Positions 20,590 through 31,150 of a stretch of 53,794 bases of DNA are shown here, one piece after another (the first letter of the stretch is position 1; every line of letters starts with the position of its first letter). Source of the stretch: Alphaproteobacteria bacterium UBA828 (GTDB lineage: Bacteria; Pseudomonadota; Alphaproteobacteria; UBA828); the NCBI GenBank assembly GCA_002296185.1, contig DBHM01000022.1, positions 1 through 53,794 of the forward strand, given 5' to 3'. The position numbers and the translations under genes were made by a program. The notes beneath the pieces were generated by a model. It made no database searches. It worked only from the letters and a program-made list of their open reading frames with translations, and had not been told where the DNA came from.

Positions 20590-21381
20590 TCAAATAGAAT
20601 TAAATTCTGCAGCTATAAGAAACTCAATATTTCCGTTATTACCAGTAATTGGGCTCTCCGTAAGACCCAAAACCTTCCAGCCCTTTAGACTTTCAATCCA
20701 GTTTTTTATATTCGCACAAGCATCATCTCGTGCTTTTTTATCGCGTACGATACCACCCCGACCCACAAGAGACGGACCAACTTCGAATTGTGGTTTTATC
20801 AGAGCAACCAGCCAACAACCAGAACTGGCTAGACTTAAGGATGCAGGGAGTATTGTTTTTAGCCCAATAAAACTTGCATCACAAACAATAGCACCAATCG
20901 GGTCAGATACAATTTGATTATTTATATAGCGCGCATTAGTACGCTCCATAGTTATGATACGTGGATCATTTCTTAATTTATCTGCAAGCTGGCCATATCC
21001 TACATCTATGGCATAAACTCTACTTGCCCCATTTTCCAGTAAAACATGCGTAAATCCTCCTGTAGATGCACCAACATCAATACATGTTCTGGATTCAGGT
21101 GACAGCCCAAAGTAGCTTAAACCATGGTCTAACTTTACCCCACCTCTACCAACCCATGGATACTCTGGACCACGGATATCTAGCGGATACAACTTGTCAA
21201 TTAAATCTCCAGCCTTCAAAATACGCTTCTCTCCAGAAAAAACTTTTCCTGACATAATCAAAGCTCTCGCCTTAGTCCGAGATTGAACAAGGCCCCTATG
21301 AACTAATTCAGAATCAACCCGCACTTTTTTTTTGGCTGGCACAAATCTTGAAGATTTTATTTTTTTAGTTTTTTCTTTCAA
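20590..21381 (-). CDS. tlyA: TlyA rRNA 2'-O-methyltransferase
   Basis: S4 domain, RGG.KL, DVGASTGGFT, DVGYGQL, LIKPQFE and GNIEF; exact start uncertain. Confidence 0.93.
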   Translation of the reverse strand: MKEKTKKIKSSRFVPAKKKVRVDSELVHRGLVQSRTKARALIMSGKVFSGEKRILKAGDLIDKLYPLDIRGPEYPWVGRGGVKLDHGLSYFGLSPESRTCIDVGASTGGFTHVLLENGASRVYAIDVGYGQLADKLRNDPRIITMERTNARYINNQIVSDPIGAIVCDASFIGLKTILPASLSLASSGCWLVALIKPQFEVGPSLVGRGGIVRDKKARDDACANIKNWIESLKGWKVLGLTESPITGNNGNIEFLIAAEFNSI

Positions 21382-22258
21382 TTATATACCTAGCAACTTC
21401 TCGTAACAACTCAGCCTTATGGTCAAATATATCTAGTCGAGCTATTGCACTTGATACTAAATTCTCTGCTTTTTCCCGAGCAATTTCTGGGCCCAGCAAT
21501 CCAACAAATGTCGCCTTTCCTGCCGCTATGTCTTTTCCGGCAGCCTTACCAAGGGTGGATTCATCACCTTCATAGTCAAGTAAGTCATCGGCAATTTGAA
21601 ATGCTAAACCAATATCATCCGCATAACATCGAAGAGCCGTTCGTTTGATACCATTATCACCAGCAAGAATTGCTCCAGCCTCACAAGAAAATCTTATCAA
21701 TGCGCCAGTCTTACGACTTTGTAATCGAACAATGGTATCCAAATCGAAAGATCTCTCTGAAGTTTCAGCAGCGAGATCCATAGCCTGGCCTCCAACCATC
21801 CCTGCTGCTCCGGCAGCTATAGCTAGTTCTTGTGTAATAGCAGAACGTATTTCTCCATCAGGGTGAGATTCTTTACTAGATACTATCTGAAAAGCCATAG
21901 TCAAAAGAGCATCACCAGCTAGTATAGCCGTTGCCTCATCAAACTCTTTATGGCACGTAGGCCGACCTCTTCGAAGATCATCATTATCCATTGATGGAAG
22001 ATCATCATGAATAAGCGAATAAGTATGAACCATTTCAATTGCCACCGCACAAGCTAGTGCCTGATATCTAGGCACTTCAAAAATATCTGACGATAAAAAA
22101 ACAAGAAAGGGCCTCAATCTCTTGCCCCCAGCTAACAAAGAATAACGCATAGCCTCGTAAACCAAGGAGTCCACGTCTTTACTTTCTGGAACGTATTTTT
22201 CAAGCGCTTCCGTTGTCTCTAGCGCACATTTTTCTAATGCATTCTTCAATCGGATCAC
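21365..22258 (-). CDS. ispA: Farnesyl diphosphate synthase / geranyltranstransferase
   Basis: GGKRLRP, HDDLPSMDNDDLRRG (FARM) and FQIADDLLD (SARM). Confidence 0.94.
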   Translation of the reverse strand: MIRLKNALEKCALETTEALEKYVPESKDVDSLVYEAMRYSLLAGGKRLRPFLVFLSSDIFEVPRYQALACAVAIEMVHTYSLIHDDLPSMDNDDLRRGRPTCHKEFDEATAILAGDALLTMAFQIVSSKESHPDGEIRSAITQELAIAAGAAGMVGGQAMDLAAETSERSFDLDTIVRLQSRKTGALIRFSCEAGAILAGDNGIKRTALRCYADDIGLAFQIADDLLDYEGDESTLGKAAGKDIAAGKATFVGLLGPEIAREKAENLVSSAIARLDIFDHKAELLREVARYIIERKN

Positions 22259-22309
22259 AGTGTTAAGTCCTTAATCTTTACTTTTTTTATATAGAATAAA
22301 AACCTGAGT

Positions 22310-22564
22310 CTAATCACTATCTAAGTCTACAACCTTCTCAACAATGCCATCAGCTCTCGCCTCTATCTTCTTTACACGTAATTCCGCTTGCTTAAGTTTG
22401 TCTTCACAGTGCTTCTTTAATAAGATACCTCTCTCGTAAGCATCTATAGAACCATCCAAATCCGTCTCACCAGATTCAAGTTTCTCGACTATTTTTTCAA
22501 GCTCATCTAAAGCCTTTTCAAAACTCATATTCTTTAGATCTAGTTTATTCTCTGATTTACTCAT
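22310..22564 (-). CDS. xseB: Exodeoxyribonuclease VII small subunit
   Basis: SFEKALDELEKIV.KLE.G, YERG and C...L..AE. Confidence 0.95.
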   Translation of the reverse strand: MSKSENKLDLKNMSFEKALDELEKIVEKLESGETDLDGSIDAYERGILLKKHCEDKLKQAELRVKKIEARADGIVEKVVDLDSD

Positions 22565-22606
22565 ATCTTTAAACCCTATTAAGCAAGTTGCTATTTAAAA
22601 AACTTA

Positions 22607-23539
22607 TCAATTTGCCTCCATCAAGGCTCCAACATGTGCCGCGACTGAACGACCAAGAGCATCAATATTGTAGCCCCCCTCAAGGCAGGACACTATCTGA
22701 CCATCACATTTTTCATTTGCCACTCGAACCAATTCCCATGTAATCCACCTATAATCATCCTCTACTAAATTTAGACTGGCAAGAGGATCTTGATAATGTG
22801 CATCAAAGCCAGCTGAAAGTATTATTATCTCAGGCTCATGCCTACGCAGAGCAGGTAATACCTTTTCAATAATAGCAAGTCTAAATGCCTCAGAATCTGT
22901 TGAATGCTTCAGCGGTACGTTCACAATATTTCCCACTCCAGTTTCGTCAATATTTCCAGTGCCAGGATAAAAGGGGAATTGATGAGTTGAAGCAAAGAAA
23001 AGGTCCCCGTCTTTCTCAAAAGCAGCTTGAGTACCATTTCCATGGTGAACATCAAAATCAACTACTGCTACACGAGTAAGACCATGAACTCTCCTTGCAT
23101 GATCAGCAGCAATTGCTACGTTATTAAAAAGACAAAACCCCATTGACCTCGATGGCTCTGCGTGATGGCCAGGGGGTCTTAATGCACAAAAAGCGTTATC
23201 AACCTCCTTACTTAAAACTTTATCCACTGCCGCACAAGCAGCCCCAACAGACCTTAATGCAGCTTCACCTGACTTAGGTGATAGAACTGTATCTCCATCA
23301 ACAAATTCATATCCAGAACTAGGTATAAGTTCAAAAATTTCATCCACATGCCCTGATGCATGCACGTGCTTAAGATCTGATATATTCGCTAAGGGCGAAT
23401 CAAATCTTAATAATTCTTTAAAGTTTTCACTACTAAGATACTTTTCAATTGATACAAGTCTATTTGGAGATTCAGGGTGATTAACACCCGGCTCGTGACC
23501 CAAACAACTTTTATGAAAAAAAAGAGCCGTATCTGCCAT
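22607..23539 (-). CDS. Histone deacetylase family amidohydrolase
   Basis: HPESP.R, RPPGHHA, DFDVHHGNGTQ, SAGFDAH and LEGGY. Confidence 0.93.
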   Translation of the reverse strand: MADTALFFHKSCLGHEPGVNHPESPNRLVSIEKYLSSENFKELLRFDSPLANISDLKHVHASGHVDEIFELIPSSGYEFVDGDTVLSPKSGEAALRSVGAACAAVDKVLSKEVDNAFCALRPPGHHAEPSRSMGFCLFNNVAIAADHARRVHGLTRVAVVDFDVHHGNGTQAAFEKDGDLFFASTHQFPFYPGTGNIDETGVGNIVNVPLKHSTDSEAFRLAIIEKVLPALRRHEPEIIILSAGFDAHYQDPLASLNLVEDDYRWITWELVRVANEKCDGQIVSCLEGGYNIDALGRSVAAHVGALMEAN

Positions 23540-23869
23540 AAATCGACCAAAAAATGACTATAGTCATATCCCTCATCAAGAATGTAACTTAGCTAATTTC
23601 CTCAGAAATTCTATCAATTAAAATCAAAAAAACCCACTTATTTGCTTTAACAGCGACTTAGTGTTCTAGAAATTTATAAAAACAAGCACTACTCAAGTGT
23701 ATTCACACTTGCATTTATATTATCTTAGACCAAATGTAATATTGTAAAAATCTATACTTTAATGCCTAAAAATTTCCATAATACTAAGTTATTGTCCGGC
23801 ATTACAGTAATATGTATTAGAAAAGTGCATGATACCGGCTATAAATCGACATAAAGTGAGGATACATCA

Positions 23870-25273
23870 ATGCTTCGTGGGATAATTCTAGGATTATTTA
23901 TAACAATTTTGGTAATTTTTATACCTCCTATTTCTGGACAAGTAGGTAATGTTTATTCCTCCAATAGTGCGCTAGCAGGAACTATTCCACCGAAAGAACT
24001 CCCCACCCTAGCTCCATTAGTTGAAGAAGTGTCCCCAGCCGTGGTTAATATTGCAACGAAGGGGCTTGTTGAGGTTAGACAGAATCCTCTTTTTAGAGAC
24101 CCTTTCTTTCGCCGATTTTTTGGAGATCGTATACCACAACAACAAAGAGAAACGGCAAGTGTTGGTTCCGGAGTAATTGTTGATTCTGTGCGAGGATATA
24201 TAGTGACAAACTCTCATGTTATTGCGCAAGCAAATGAAATAGTTGTCACGCTCAAAGATCGTCGTCGGTTACCTGCAAAAGTTATAGGTTCAGATCCTGA
24301 AACAGATATAGCAATATTAAAGGTTAAGCCTAAAAATTTAAAAGAGGTTCAATACGCCAATTCCGAAGAACTTCGTGTTGGTGATTATGTTATAGCTATA
24401 GGTAACCCCTTTGGACTAGGTCAAACGGTTACATCAGGTATTGTAAGCGCTCTCGGTCGAAGCGGACTTGGAATAGAAAATTATGAAGACTTTATCCAAA
24501 CTGACGCATCGATCAACCCTGGAAATTCAGGCGGTGCTCTAGTTAATTTAAAAGGGGAACTGGTAGGCATTAATACAGCTATAATCGGGCCATCTGGGGG
24601 AAATGTTGGTATAGGATTTGCTATACCAATCAACATGGCCCGTCAGATTATGGATCAATTGATAGAACACGGTGAAATCCAACGCGGGCGTATAGGAGTT
24701 CAAATTCAAGACCTCACTATGGAACTAGCTGAAGCATTAGGAGTTAAGGGTGAATCTGGGGCAGTAGTTAGTCAGGTTATGCCAAATTCCTCAGCCTCCA
24801 AAGCCGGTATCCAGGCTGGTGATGTAATTGTTGAAATGAATGGCCAACCCGTAATCGGATCTTCAGATCTTAGAAACAAGGTTGGCGTACTCAGAGTTGG
24901 AGATAAGGTAACTATTATTGCAATTCGTGATGGTAAAGAACTCAAGCTAAAAATGAAAGTTGGTGCGCGCGATGAGTCGCCAAAATTATCAAGCAACAAC
25001 GATATACCGAAGCTTGAAGGCGCGACTTTTGGAAAAGTGCCAGAAAATCATCCCTTATACGGAAAGGTTGCTGGAGTAGCAGTAATTCAAATCCAGCCTA
25101 ACAGCCCTGCACAACAAGCAGGCCTGAGTCCAGGAGACATAATACTATCCATCAATAAAACTAGGGTGAAAGAACCGAAAACTCTCTTGGAAGAAGCTCA
25201 AAAGTCTAAAAATGGACCCTTATTGCTAAATGTTCGCCGTGGAAATGGTGCCCTTTTTCTGTTGATACAATAA
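23870..25273 (+). CDS. degQ: HtrA/DegQ periplasmic serine protease with two PDZ domains
   Basis: Signal peptide; catalytic triad in TNSHV, ETDIA and INPGNSGG; two PDZ domains. Confidence 0.88.
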   Translation: MLRGIILGLFITILVIFIPPISGQVGNVYSSNSALAGTIPPKELPTLAPLVEEVSPAVVNIATKGLVEVRQNPLFRDPFFRRFFGDRIPQQQRETASVGSGVIVDSVRGYIVTNSHVIAQANEIVVTLKDRRRLPAKVIGSDPETDIAILKVKPKNLKEVQYANSEELRVGDYVIAIGNPFGLGQTVTSGIVSALGRSGLGIENYEDFIQTDASINPGNSGGALVNLKGELVGINTAIIGPSGGNVGIGFAIPINMARQIMDQLIEHGEIQRGRIGVQIQDLTMELAEALGVKGESGAVVSQVMPNSSASKAGIQAGDVIVEMNGQPVIGSSDLRNKVGVLRVGDKVTIIAIRDGKELKLKMKVGARDESPKLSSNNDIPKLEGATFGKVPENHPLYGKVAGVAVIQIQPNSPAQQAGLSPGDIILSINKTRVKEPKTLLEEAQKSKNGPLLLNVRRGNGALFLLIQ

Positions 25274-25391
25274 GATAATAATATGCATAAAATTAATCTT
25301 TACACTTTCCTCATAGCATAACTTTGCTAATAATATGGTTAATTAGAAACTTTTGATCTATCTTAATTTGTATGGACCTAAACTTGGTTAA

Positions 25392-27446
25392 ATGGAGGAA
25401 ATTGTGGGTGAGTATTTAGTAGGAATTGATGTGGGAGGCACTTTTACTGATTTTGTTAGTTATGACAGAGAAAGTAAGACTATCAAAGTTTGGAAAAATC
25501 CCTCAACGCCTCGCGACCCTAACGATGGAATTTTAAATGGGTTAAGTAGATACGAAGATTCTAGTGAAATTAAAAATGTCCGTCTTGGAACTACGATAGC
25601 AACAAATGCCATATTAGAACGTAAAGGAGCAACCGTTGGGTATATTACCACTCAAGGGTTTAGAGATGTTCCGTTCATCCAAAGGGGTCAACGCATCAAC
25701 CATTACGATATGACATGGGTTAAACCAAAGCCACTAGCTAAACGTAGACATTGTTACGAAATAAATGAGCGCATTCTCCCTGATGGTACCATTCAAACTA
25801 GTCTTGACGTTGAAGGTCTAAAAACACTAGCTCAGCAGATAAAAGAAAATCAAGAAATAGAAGCTTTAGCTGTAAACCTCCTTTTTTCTTATGTGCGTCC
25901 AGATCATGAGCGACAAGCAAAAGAAATACTAGAGAAAGAACTTCCCAATATACCAATCTCTATTTCATATGATGTTCTGCCAAAGTGGAAAGAGTATGAG
26001 AGGGCATCAACAACAATCGCAGATGCTTACATCAAACCTGTTGTTAGAAAACAGATGGATACTATCAGAGCAAGATTTAACGAAAATGGCATTACTGACC
26101 ATGTGGCAATTATTAAATCTAATGGCGGAGAGATGACGACAGACGCTGCTGCACAATCTCCTATACAAATGACAGTTTCAGGACCAACTGGTGGTGTGAT
26201 TGCTGGGAAACAGATAGCCCGGCTTGCAGGTGTGGACCACTTGGTAACATTTGATATGGGAGGAACATCAACTGACTGCTCAACTGTTGTTAATGGAAAT
26301 GAAAGTTTTACAACTGACTTTGATATAGAGTTTGGAATCCCTATACAAATTCCGATGATAGATATACGAACCATCGGTGCAGGAGGTGGGTCTATTGCTT
26401 GGATAGATAAAGGGGGAATGCTGCGAGTAGGACCTGAAAGCGCAGGTGCAGAACCGGGACCAGCTTGTTATGGTAATGGAGGAAAAAGACCTGCAGTCAC
26501 TGATGCCAATGTGGTTCTTGGCAGAATCAGCCCTGAAAACTTTTTGGGTGGTGACATGAAACTTGACAAAACAGCGGCAATAGATGCTGTAAAGTCGGTT
26601 GCAGACGAATTAGGCCGGGGCATTGAAGACACAGCCCTCGCAATAGTTCAAATAGCTAATAATAATATGGTTGGGGCACTTCGATCTGTTCTAGTTGAAA
26701 GAGGCCTAGACCCTAGAGACTTCACCTTATTAGCCTTTGGTGGAGCTGGACCACTTCATGTAAATGATCTTATGATTGATGCAGGAATACCCTCGGGTAT
26801 TGTACCCAACTATCCAGGTCAATTTTCTGCATTTGGCTTTATTATGACTGATGCTCGCGTGGACGTTCAACGAACAGTCCAGATGACCTCCAAATCTTTT
26901 GATAACTCTCGTGCAAGCGAGATATTAAACGAGCTAGTGACAAGTGGAATAAGCGAACTAAAGGCCCAAGGGTATACAAAAAATATAGAAGCTCACAGGT
27001 CGGTAGAAGCTAGATACTTGGGCCAGAACTATGAACTAGAAGTAGATATTAATTTCGATGTATTTGACGAAAAGACTACCGAAGATATGTATCAGGCTTT
27101 CCATAACCTGCATAAAGCACGTTTTGGTTTTAATATCCCTGGAGAATCGATTGATATTATCACAATAAAATCGACCGTGGTATCTCTTACTGAAAAACCA
27201 GAGTTAGCTTTAATAGAAGAAAGTGATGGAAAATCAGTAAAAGAACTAAGCACCAGAGCTGTAATTTTTGAAGATGGAACTCATGATACACCAATATATG
27301 GACGTAGTAATCTAAAGTCTGGAGACAAGATAACTGGACCTGCTATAATAGAAGAAGCAGCATCTGTAACTGTAGTTCGACCAAATGAAAAAGTGAAAGT
27401 TGATCAATATGGAAATCTTCTTATTGGCAAACTGGCTAAGGGGTAA
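25392..27446 (+). CDS. ATP-dependent hydantoinase/oxoprolinase subunit A (copy 1)
   Basis: DVGGTFTD, GTT..TNA, DMGGTSTD, GAGGGS, SAGAEPGPACY and FGGAGPLH. Confidence 0.92.
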   Translation: MEEIVGEYLVGIDVGGTFTDFVSYDRESKTIKVWKNPSTPRDPNDGILNGLSRYEDSSEIKNVRLGTTIATNAILERKGATVGYITTQGFRDVPFIQRGQRINHYDMTWVKPKPLAKRRHCYEINERILPDGTIQTSLDVEGLKTLAQQIKENQEIEALAVNLLFSYVRPDHERQAKEILEKELPNIPISISYDVLPKWKEYERASTTIADAYIKPVVRKQMDTIRARFNENGITDHVAIIKSNGGEMTTDAAAQSPIQMTVSGPTGGVIAGKQIARLAGVDHLVTFDMGGTSTDCSTVVNGNESFTTDFDIEFGIPIQIPMIDIRTIGAGGGSIAWIDKGGMLRVGPESAGAEPGPACYGNGGKRPAVTDANVVLGRISPENFLGGDMKLDKTAAIDAVKSVADELGRGIEDTALAIVQIANNNMVGALRSVLVERGLDPRDFTLLAFGGAGPLHVNDLMIDAGIPSGIVPNYPGQFSAFGFIMTDARVDVQRTVQMTSKSFDNSRASEILNELVTSGISELKAQGYTKNIEAHRSVEARYLGQNYELEVDINFDVFDEKTTEDMYQAFHNLHKARFGFNIPGESIDIITIKSTVVSLTEKPELALIEESDGKSVKELSTRAVIFEDGTHDTPIYGRSNLKSGDKITGPAIIEEAASVTVVRPNEKVKVDQYGNLLIGKLAKG

Positions 27447-27451
27447 GGGCA

Positions 27452-29185
27452 ATGACCACAGAAAATAAAGCGACCACTGATATCGATATGGTGACTATGA
27501 GCATAATCGATTCTACTATGACAGCAATTTGTCGAGAGATGGGGGTTGTTCTAATGAAAACCTCATACTCAACTATATTTAATGAAGCTCTTGACTTTAC
27601 TTGTGTTCTTGGTGGAGCTAATGGGGAACTAATGGCCCAAGCAGAATACTGCCCCTCAATGATTGGTGGTGTACCCTTATTACTACGCAGTAGTATAAAA
27701 GAGATCCCAATAGACGATATTCACCCCGGAGATGTACTCCTGCATAATGACCCTTATCGAGGAGGCCTGCATTGCCCAGAACATACTTTAATTAAACCTG
27801 TTTTTGTCGATGACGAGATAATGGGGTTTGCCATGACAATCGGACATCTAACAGAGATTGGTGGCATGGTCCCCGGAGCCTTTGCGGGTGAAGCAACAGA
27901 AATCTTTCATGAAGGTATTCGTGTTCCTCCCGTTAAGATAATTAGTAAAGGTGAGGATGTTGAAGAGGTATGGAAGCTTCTATTAGCGAACGTTCGGACA
28001 CCACGCTACAACTACGGAGACCTCAGAGCGCTTATCGCCGGCGTTGACGTTGGTGAAACAAGATTAGAAGCCATGGTTAAAAAATATGGCAAAGAAGTAT
28101 TCAGAAAAAATGTTGCTGACTTATATGATTACTCGGAATCAAGAATGCGCGCCGAGATTGCAGCTATTCCAGATGGAAAATATAATTTCCAGGATACTAT
28201 AGAGGACGATGGGATTGAGAAGAAACCCTTCACAATCAACACTACAGTATACGTTCAAAATGATGAAGTAGTAGTTGACTACACAGGCTCCAGTGATCAA
28301 GCCAAGGGGCCTATTAACGCAACTCTTGGGGTTGCATACTCTGCATCATATAACGGAATACTTCATTGCACAGATCATACTATACCAAAAAACTCTGGGT
28401 GTTTTAGACCTATCAAGGTAGTCGCCCCTCCAGGAACTATCCTGAATGTCGACTTCCCAGCACCTGAAGTCGGAGGTAATACTGAAAGCCACTGCAAAAT
28501 AGCAGGAACAGTTATAGGTGCACTTTCAGCTGCTCTTCCTAATGATACAATGGCTGCAGAAGGGGCAACCCACACAAATTTTGTTTTTGGAGGTCATGAC
28601 GAAGACCTTGATGAAACCTTTGTTTGCTATGCTATAGAACTCTCAGGATGGGGCGGCAGATCATTCGCAGACGGAAATGATGCTACAGATTCTATAAATG
28701 GAAACTGTCGCGTTATACCAGTTGAAGTTTTTGAGACACGCTTTCCACTTCAGTGTGAAAAGTTTGAACTAGTGCAAGACTCCGGCGGCCCTGGACTAAA
28801 TCGTGGAGGACTGTCAACAACACGTGTATTAAAGAGTAAAACTGAAATTACGGGCAGTCAGATGTCTGATAGACACCATACTCGTCCCTGGGGACTACAC
28901 GGTGGAGAAGGCGGAGGTACAGCAGGTACATGGTTCCGCGCATCTGGATCAGACAATTGGGAAGGAATTGATAAAGCCTTCGGTAAAACCAGTCCCTCAA
29001 AATGGTCACGCGTTATGATTAGGCCAGGAGATTCTATGCGCTTTCAAACTCCAGGAGGGGGGGGTTGGGGCAATCCGAGAGACCGCGAACGTGAAAGAGT
29101 CCTTGAAGATCTTAGAGAAGGCTATATTAGTGAAAAAGTTGCGAAAGAAATTTATGGCCTAAAAGATTCAGATATTCCAAATTAA
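27452..29185 (+). CDS. Hydantoinase B/oxoprolinase subunit (copy 1)
   Basis: E..DF, NDPY.GG.H.P, H..EIGG..PG, EG..PP, DSGGPG..RGG and TPGGGGWG. Confidence 0.92.
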   Translation: MTTENKATTDIDMVTMSIIDSTMTAICREMGVVLMKTSYSTIFNEALDFTCVLGGANGELMAQAEYCPSMIGGVPLLLRSSIKEIPIDDIHPGDVLLHNDPYRGGLHCPEHTLIKPVFVDDEIMGFAMTIGHLTEIGGMVPGAFAGEATEIFHEGIRVPPVKIISKGEDVEEVWKLLLANVRTPRYNYGDLRALIAGVDVGETRLEAMVKKYGKEVFRKNVADLYDYSESRMRAEIAAIPDGKYNFQDTIEDDGIEKKPFTINTTVYVQNDEVVVDYTGSSDQAKGPINATLGVAYSASYNGILHCTDHTIPKNSGCFRPIKVVAPPGTILNVDFPAPEVGGNTESHCKIAGTVIGALSAALPNDTMAAEGATHTNFVFGGHDEDLDETFVCYAIELSGWGGRSFADGNDATDSINGNCRVIPVEVFETRFPLQCEKFELVQDSGGPGLNRGGLSTTRVLKSKTEITGSQMSDRHHTRPWGLHGGEGGGTAGTWFRASGSDNWEGIDKAFGKTSPSKWSRVMIRPGDSMRFQTPGGGGWGNPRDRERERVLEDLREGYISEKVAKEIYGLKDSDIPN

Positions 29186-29337
29186 ATTTATACTAGGGAT
29201 AGTAAGCAGGTGCTTTGATTCATTCTATGAAGTGAGCTAGTAATTCATTTTCTTTTCGGCTTCCAAATTTCAATAAGAATCCGAAATATCAATAAGGTTT
29301 TCATACGTGTCAGAAAAAGTTTGCGGTAATTGATCCT

Positions 29338-30162
29338 TTGAATGACAAAAAAAACAAAAATTTCACCACAACAAGATTGTCTCCCGGAGACCCATCTCCG
29401 TTTAAAATAAATAATGCCGGAAGTAAAAATAAAAAATGGTTACTAACGTGTGACCATGCCTCAAATAGAGTTCCATATCATATGGACAATCTTAGTCTAT
29501 CGCCCAAAGAACTTTCAAGACACATTGCTTGGGATATTGGCGCCATGGGGATGGCAAATGAAATCTCGAGAATATTAGACGCGCCCTTAGTATCTGGAAA
29601 TTATTCAAGGCTCATAATTGATTTAAATAGGCCGATATCTTCACCAACACTTATTGTTGATAATGCTGATGGCACTCCAATATTAGCTAATACTAATGTT
29701 AGCCACCTAGAATTCTCTGAACGAGTAGACTACTTTCATACGCCATATCACAATAAAATATCTTCAATGCTAGACCTAAGAGTAATGGACGAAAACGTTC
29801 CAATACTAGTTGCGATTCATAGCTTTACACCCTTACTAAATAATACAAATAGACCTTGGCATATTGGTCTCTTATATGAACATGACGATAGACTTGTTGA
29901 ACCACTAAAAGAGGCTATTCTCTCCAAAAACCCGGAACTCATTATTGGTGATAATGAACCTTATGCAATTCGCGGTCCGTCTGATTACACAATTCCCTTT
30001 CATGGACAAGATCGTGGAATCCCCCATATCGAAATTGAGGTAAGGCAAGATCTCATTGAAACTCAAGAGAAACAGATAATTTGGGGTCAAAGGCTAGCTT
30101 CAGCACTAATATCTGTGGTTAATTCTATCCCTCCTATGAAAATTATTACTCCTAAGACTTAG
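29338..30162 (+). CDS. N-formylglutamate amidohydrolase family protein
   Basis: CDHASN, HIAWDIGA, SRLIIDLNR, HSFTP, GDNEPY and EVRQDLI. Confidence 0.88.
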   Translation: MNDKKNKNFTTTRLSPGDPSPFKINNAGSKNKKWLLTCDHASNRVPYHMDNLSLSPKELSRHIAWDIGAMGMANEISRILDAPLVSGNYSRLIIDLNRPISSPTLIVDNADGTPILANTNVSHLEFSERVDYFHTPYHNKISSMLDLRVMDENVPILVAIHSFTPLLNNTNRPWHIGLLYEHDDRLVEPLKEAILSKNPELIIGDNEPYAIRGPSDYTIPFHGQDRGIPHIEIEVRQDLIETQEKQIIWGQRLASALISVVNSIPPMKIITPKT

Positions 30163-30202
30163 ATCTCCGGAATTTAAACTTACAAGACAGGCATAAGCTC
30201 TC

Positions 30203-31150
30203 TTGCTCAATACTATTCATCATAAACGTATCGCATTATTTGCAATAATTTTAGGCGCATGGTGCCTTGGATCTTCACCAATTTTTGTACGATTAGGCGA
30301 AGCTGGGCCATCTGCCATAGCTTTTTGGCGTGTTGCCCTTTCTCTACCCATTGCCTATGCATGGATGCGGATGGAAAATAGATTAAACTATGAGCACTTT
30401 AATAAAAATAATAATACCTATAGCTCCAATATATTTCGTGCCAACATTGCAAATAAGAAACTAATAATAATACTTATTGCTTCATTTTTTTGGGTAGGTG
30501 ACCTTATTTTCTGGCATCTATCTCTTTCCAAGACAAATATTGCTAATTCAACTTTTCTTGCTACAAGCTCCCCTATTTTCATTACTATAGCCGCGTGGTT
30601 CTTATTCGGAGAGAAATATACTCGTTTATTTCTACTTGGTGCAGGAATAACAGTAGTGGGATCTATTGTATTAATGAGTGCTACATTAAACTTTGATAAT
30701 GGTAGTATAGTTGGAGATGGGTTAAGTCTGATTACTGCTTTTTGTTTTGGAGCTTTTGTTTTGGCAGTACGCCAACTCCGTAAGTTCATGGGTGCAGGTA
30801 CTATAATGTTTTACACCGCATTAATTAGCGCTCCATGCTTTTTAATTATTAGCATCCTCTCCGGTGAAATATTTTTTCCTAATTCACTTCAAGGATGGGG
30901 CGCCCTTTTAGGTCTTGCCATAATAACACAAATTTTAGGCCAAGGATTACTGGCCTATGGTTTAGGGCAGATAAAAGCCGGGGCAGCATCAATATTAATT
31001 TTAATTGAACCAATTGTTGCAGCATTATTAGCCTGGCTAGTTCTTTCAGAAGCCCTTAATCCTCTTCAAGCCGCTGGTTGCTTGCTGATAATATTAGGGA
31101 TAATTGTGGTACAAAAACAATCGAGTGCATACGACTCACAAGCTAATTAA
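30203..31150 (+). CDS. DMT/EamA family transporter
   Basis: About 10 TM segments in two EamA repeats (AFWR, FGEK, GD.L, EP..AA). Confidence 0.87.
   Translation: MLNTIHHKRIALFAIILGAWCLGSSPIFVRLGEAGPSAIAFWRVALSLPIAYAWMRMENRLNYEHFNKNNNTYSSNIFRANIANKKLIIILIASFFWVGDLIFWHLSLSKTNIANSTFLATSSPIFITIAAWFLFGEKYTRLFLLGAGITVVGSIVLMSATLNFDNGSIVGDGLSLITAFCFGAFVLAVRQLRKFMGAGTIMFYTALISAPCFLIISILSGEIFFPNSLQGWGALLGLAIITQILGQGLLAYGLGQIKAGAASILILIEPIVAALLAWLVLSEALNPLQAAGCLLIILGIIVVQKQSSAYDSQAN

Noticed and set aside
20590-21381. Hemolysin or virulence gene
   Set aside because: TlyA here is the ordinary rRNA methyltransferase in its core context
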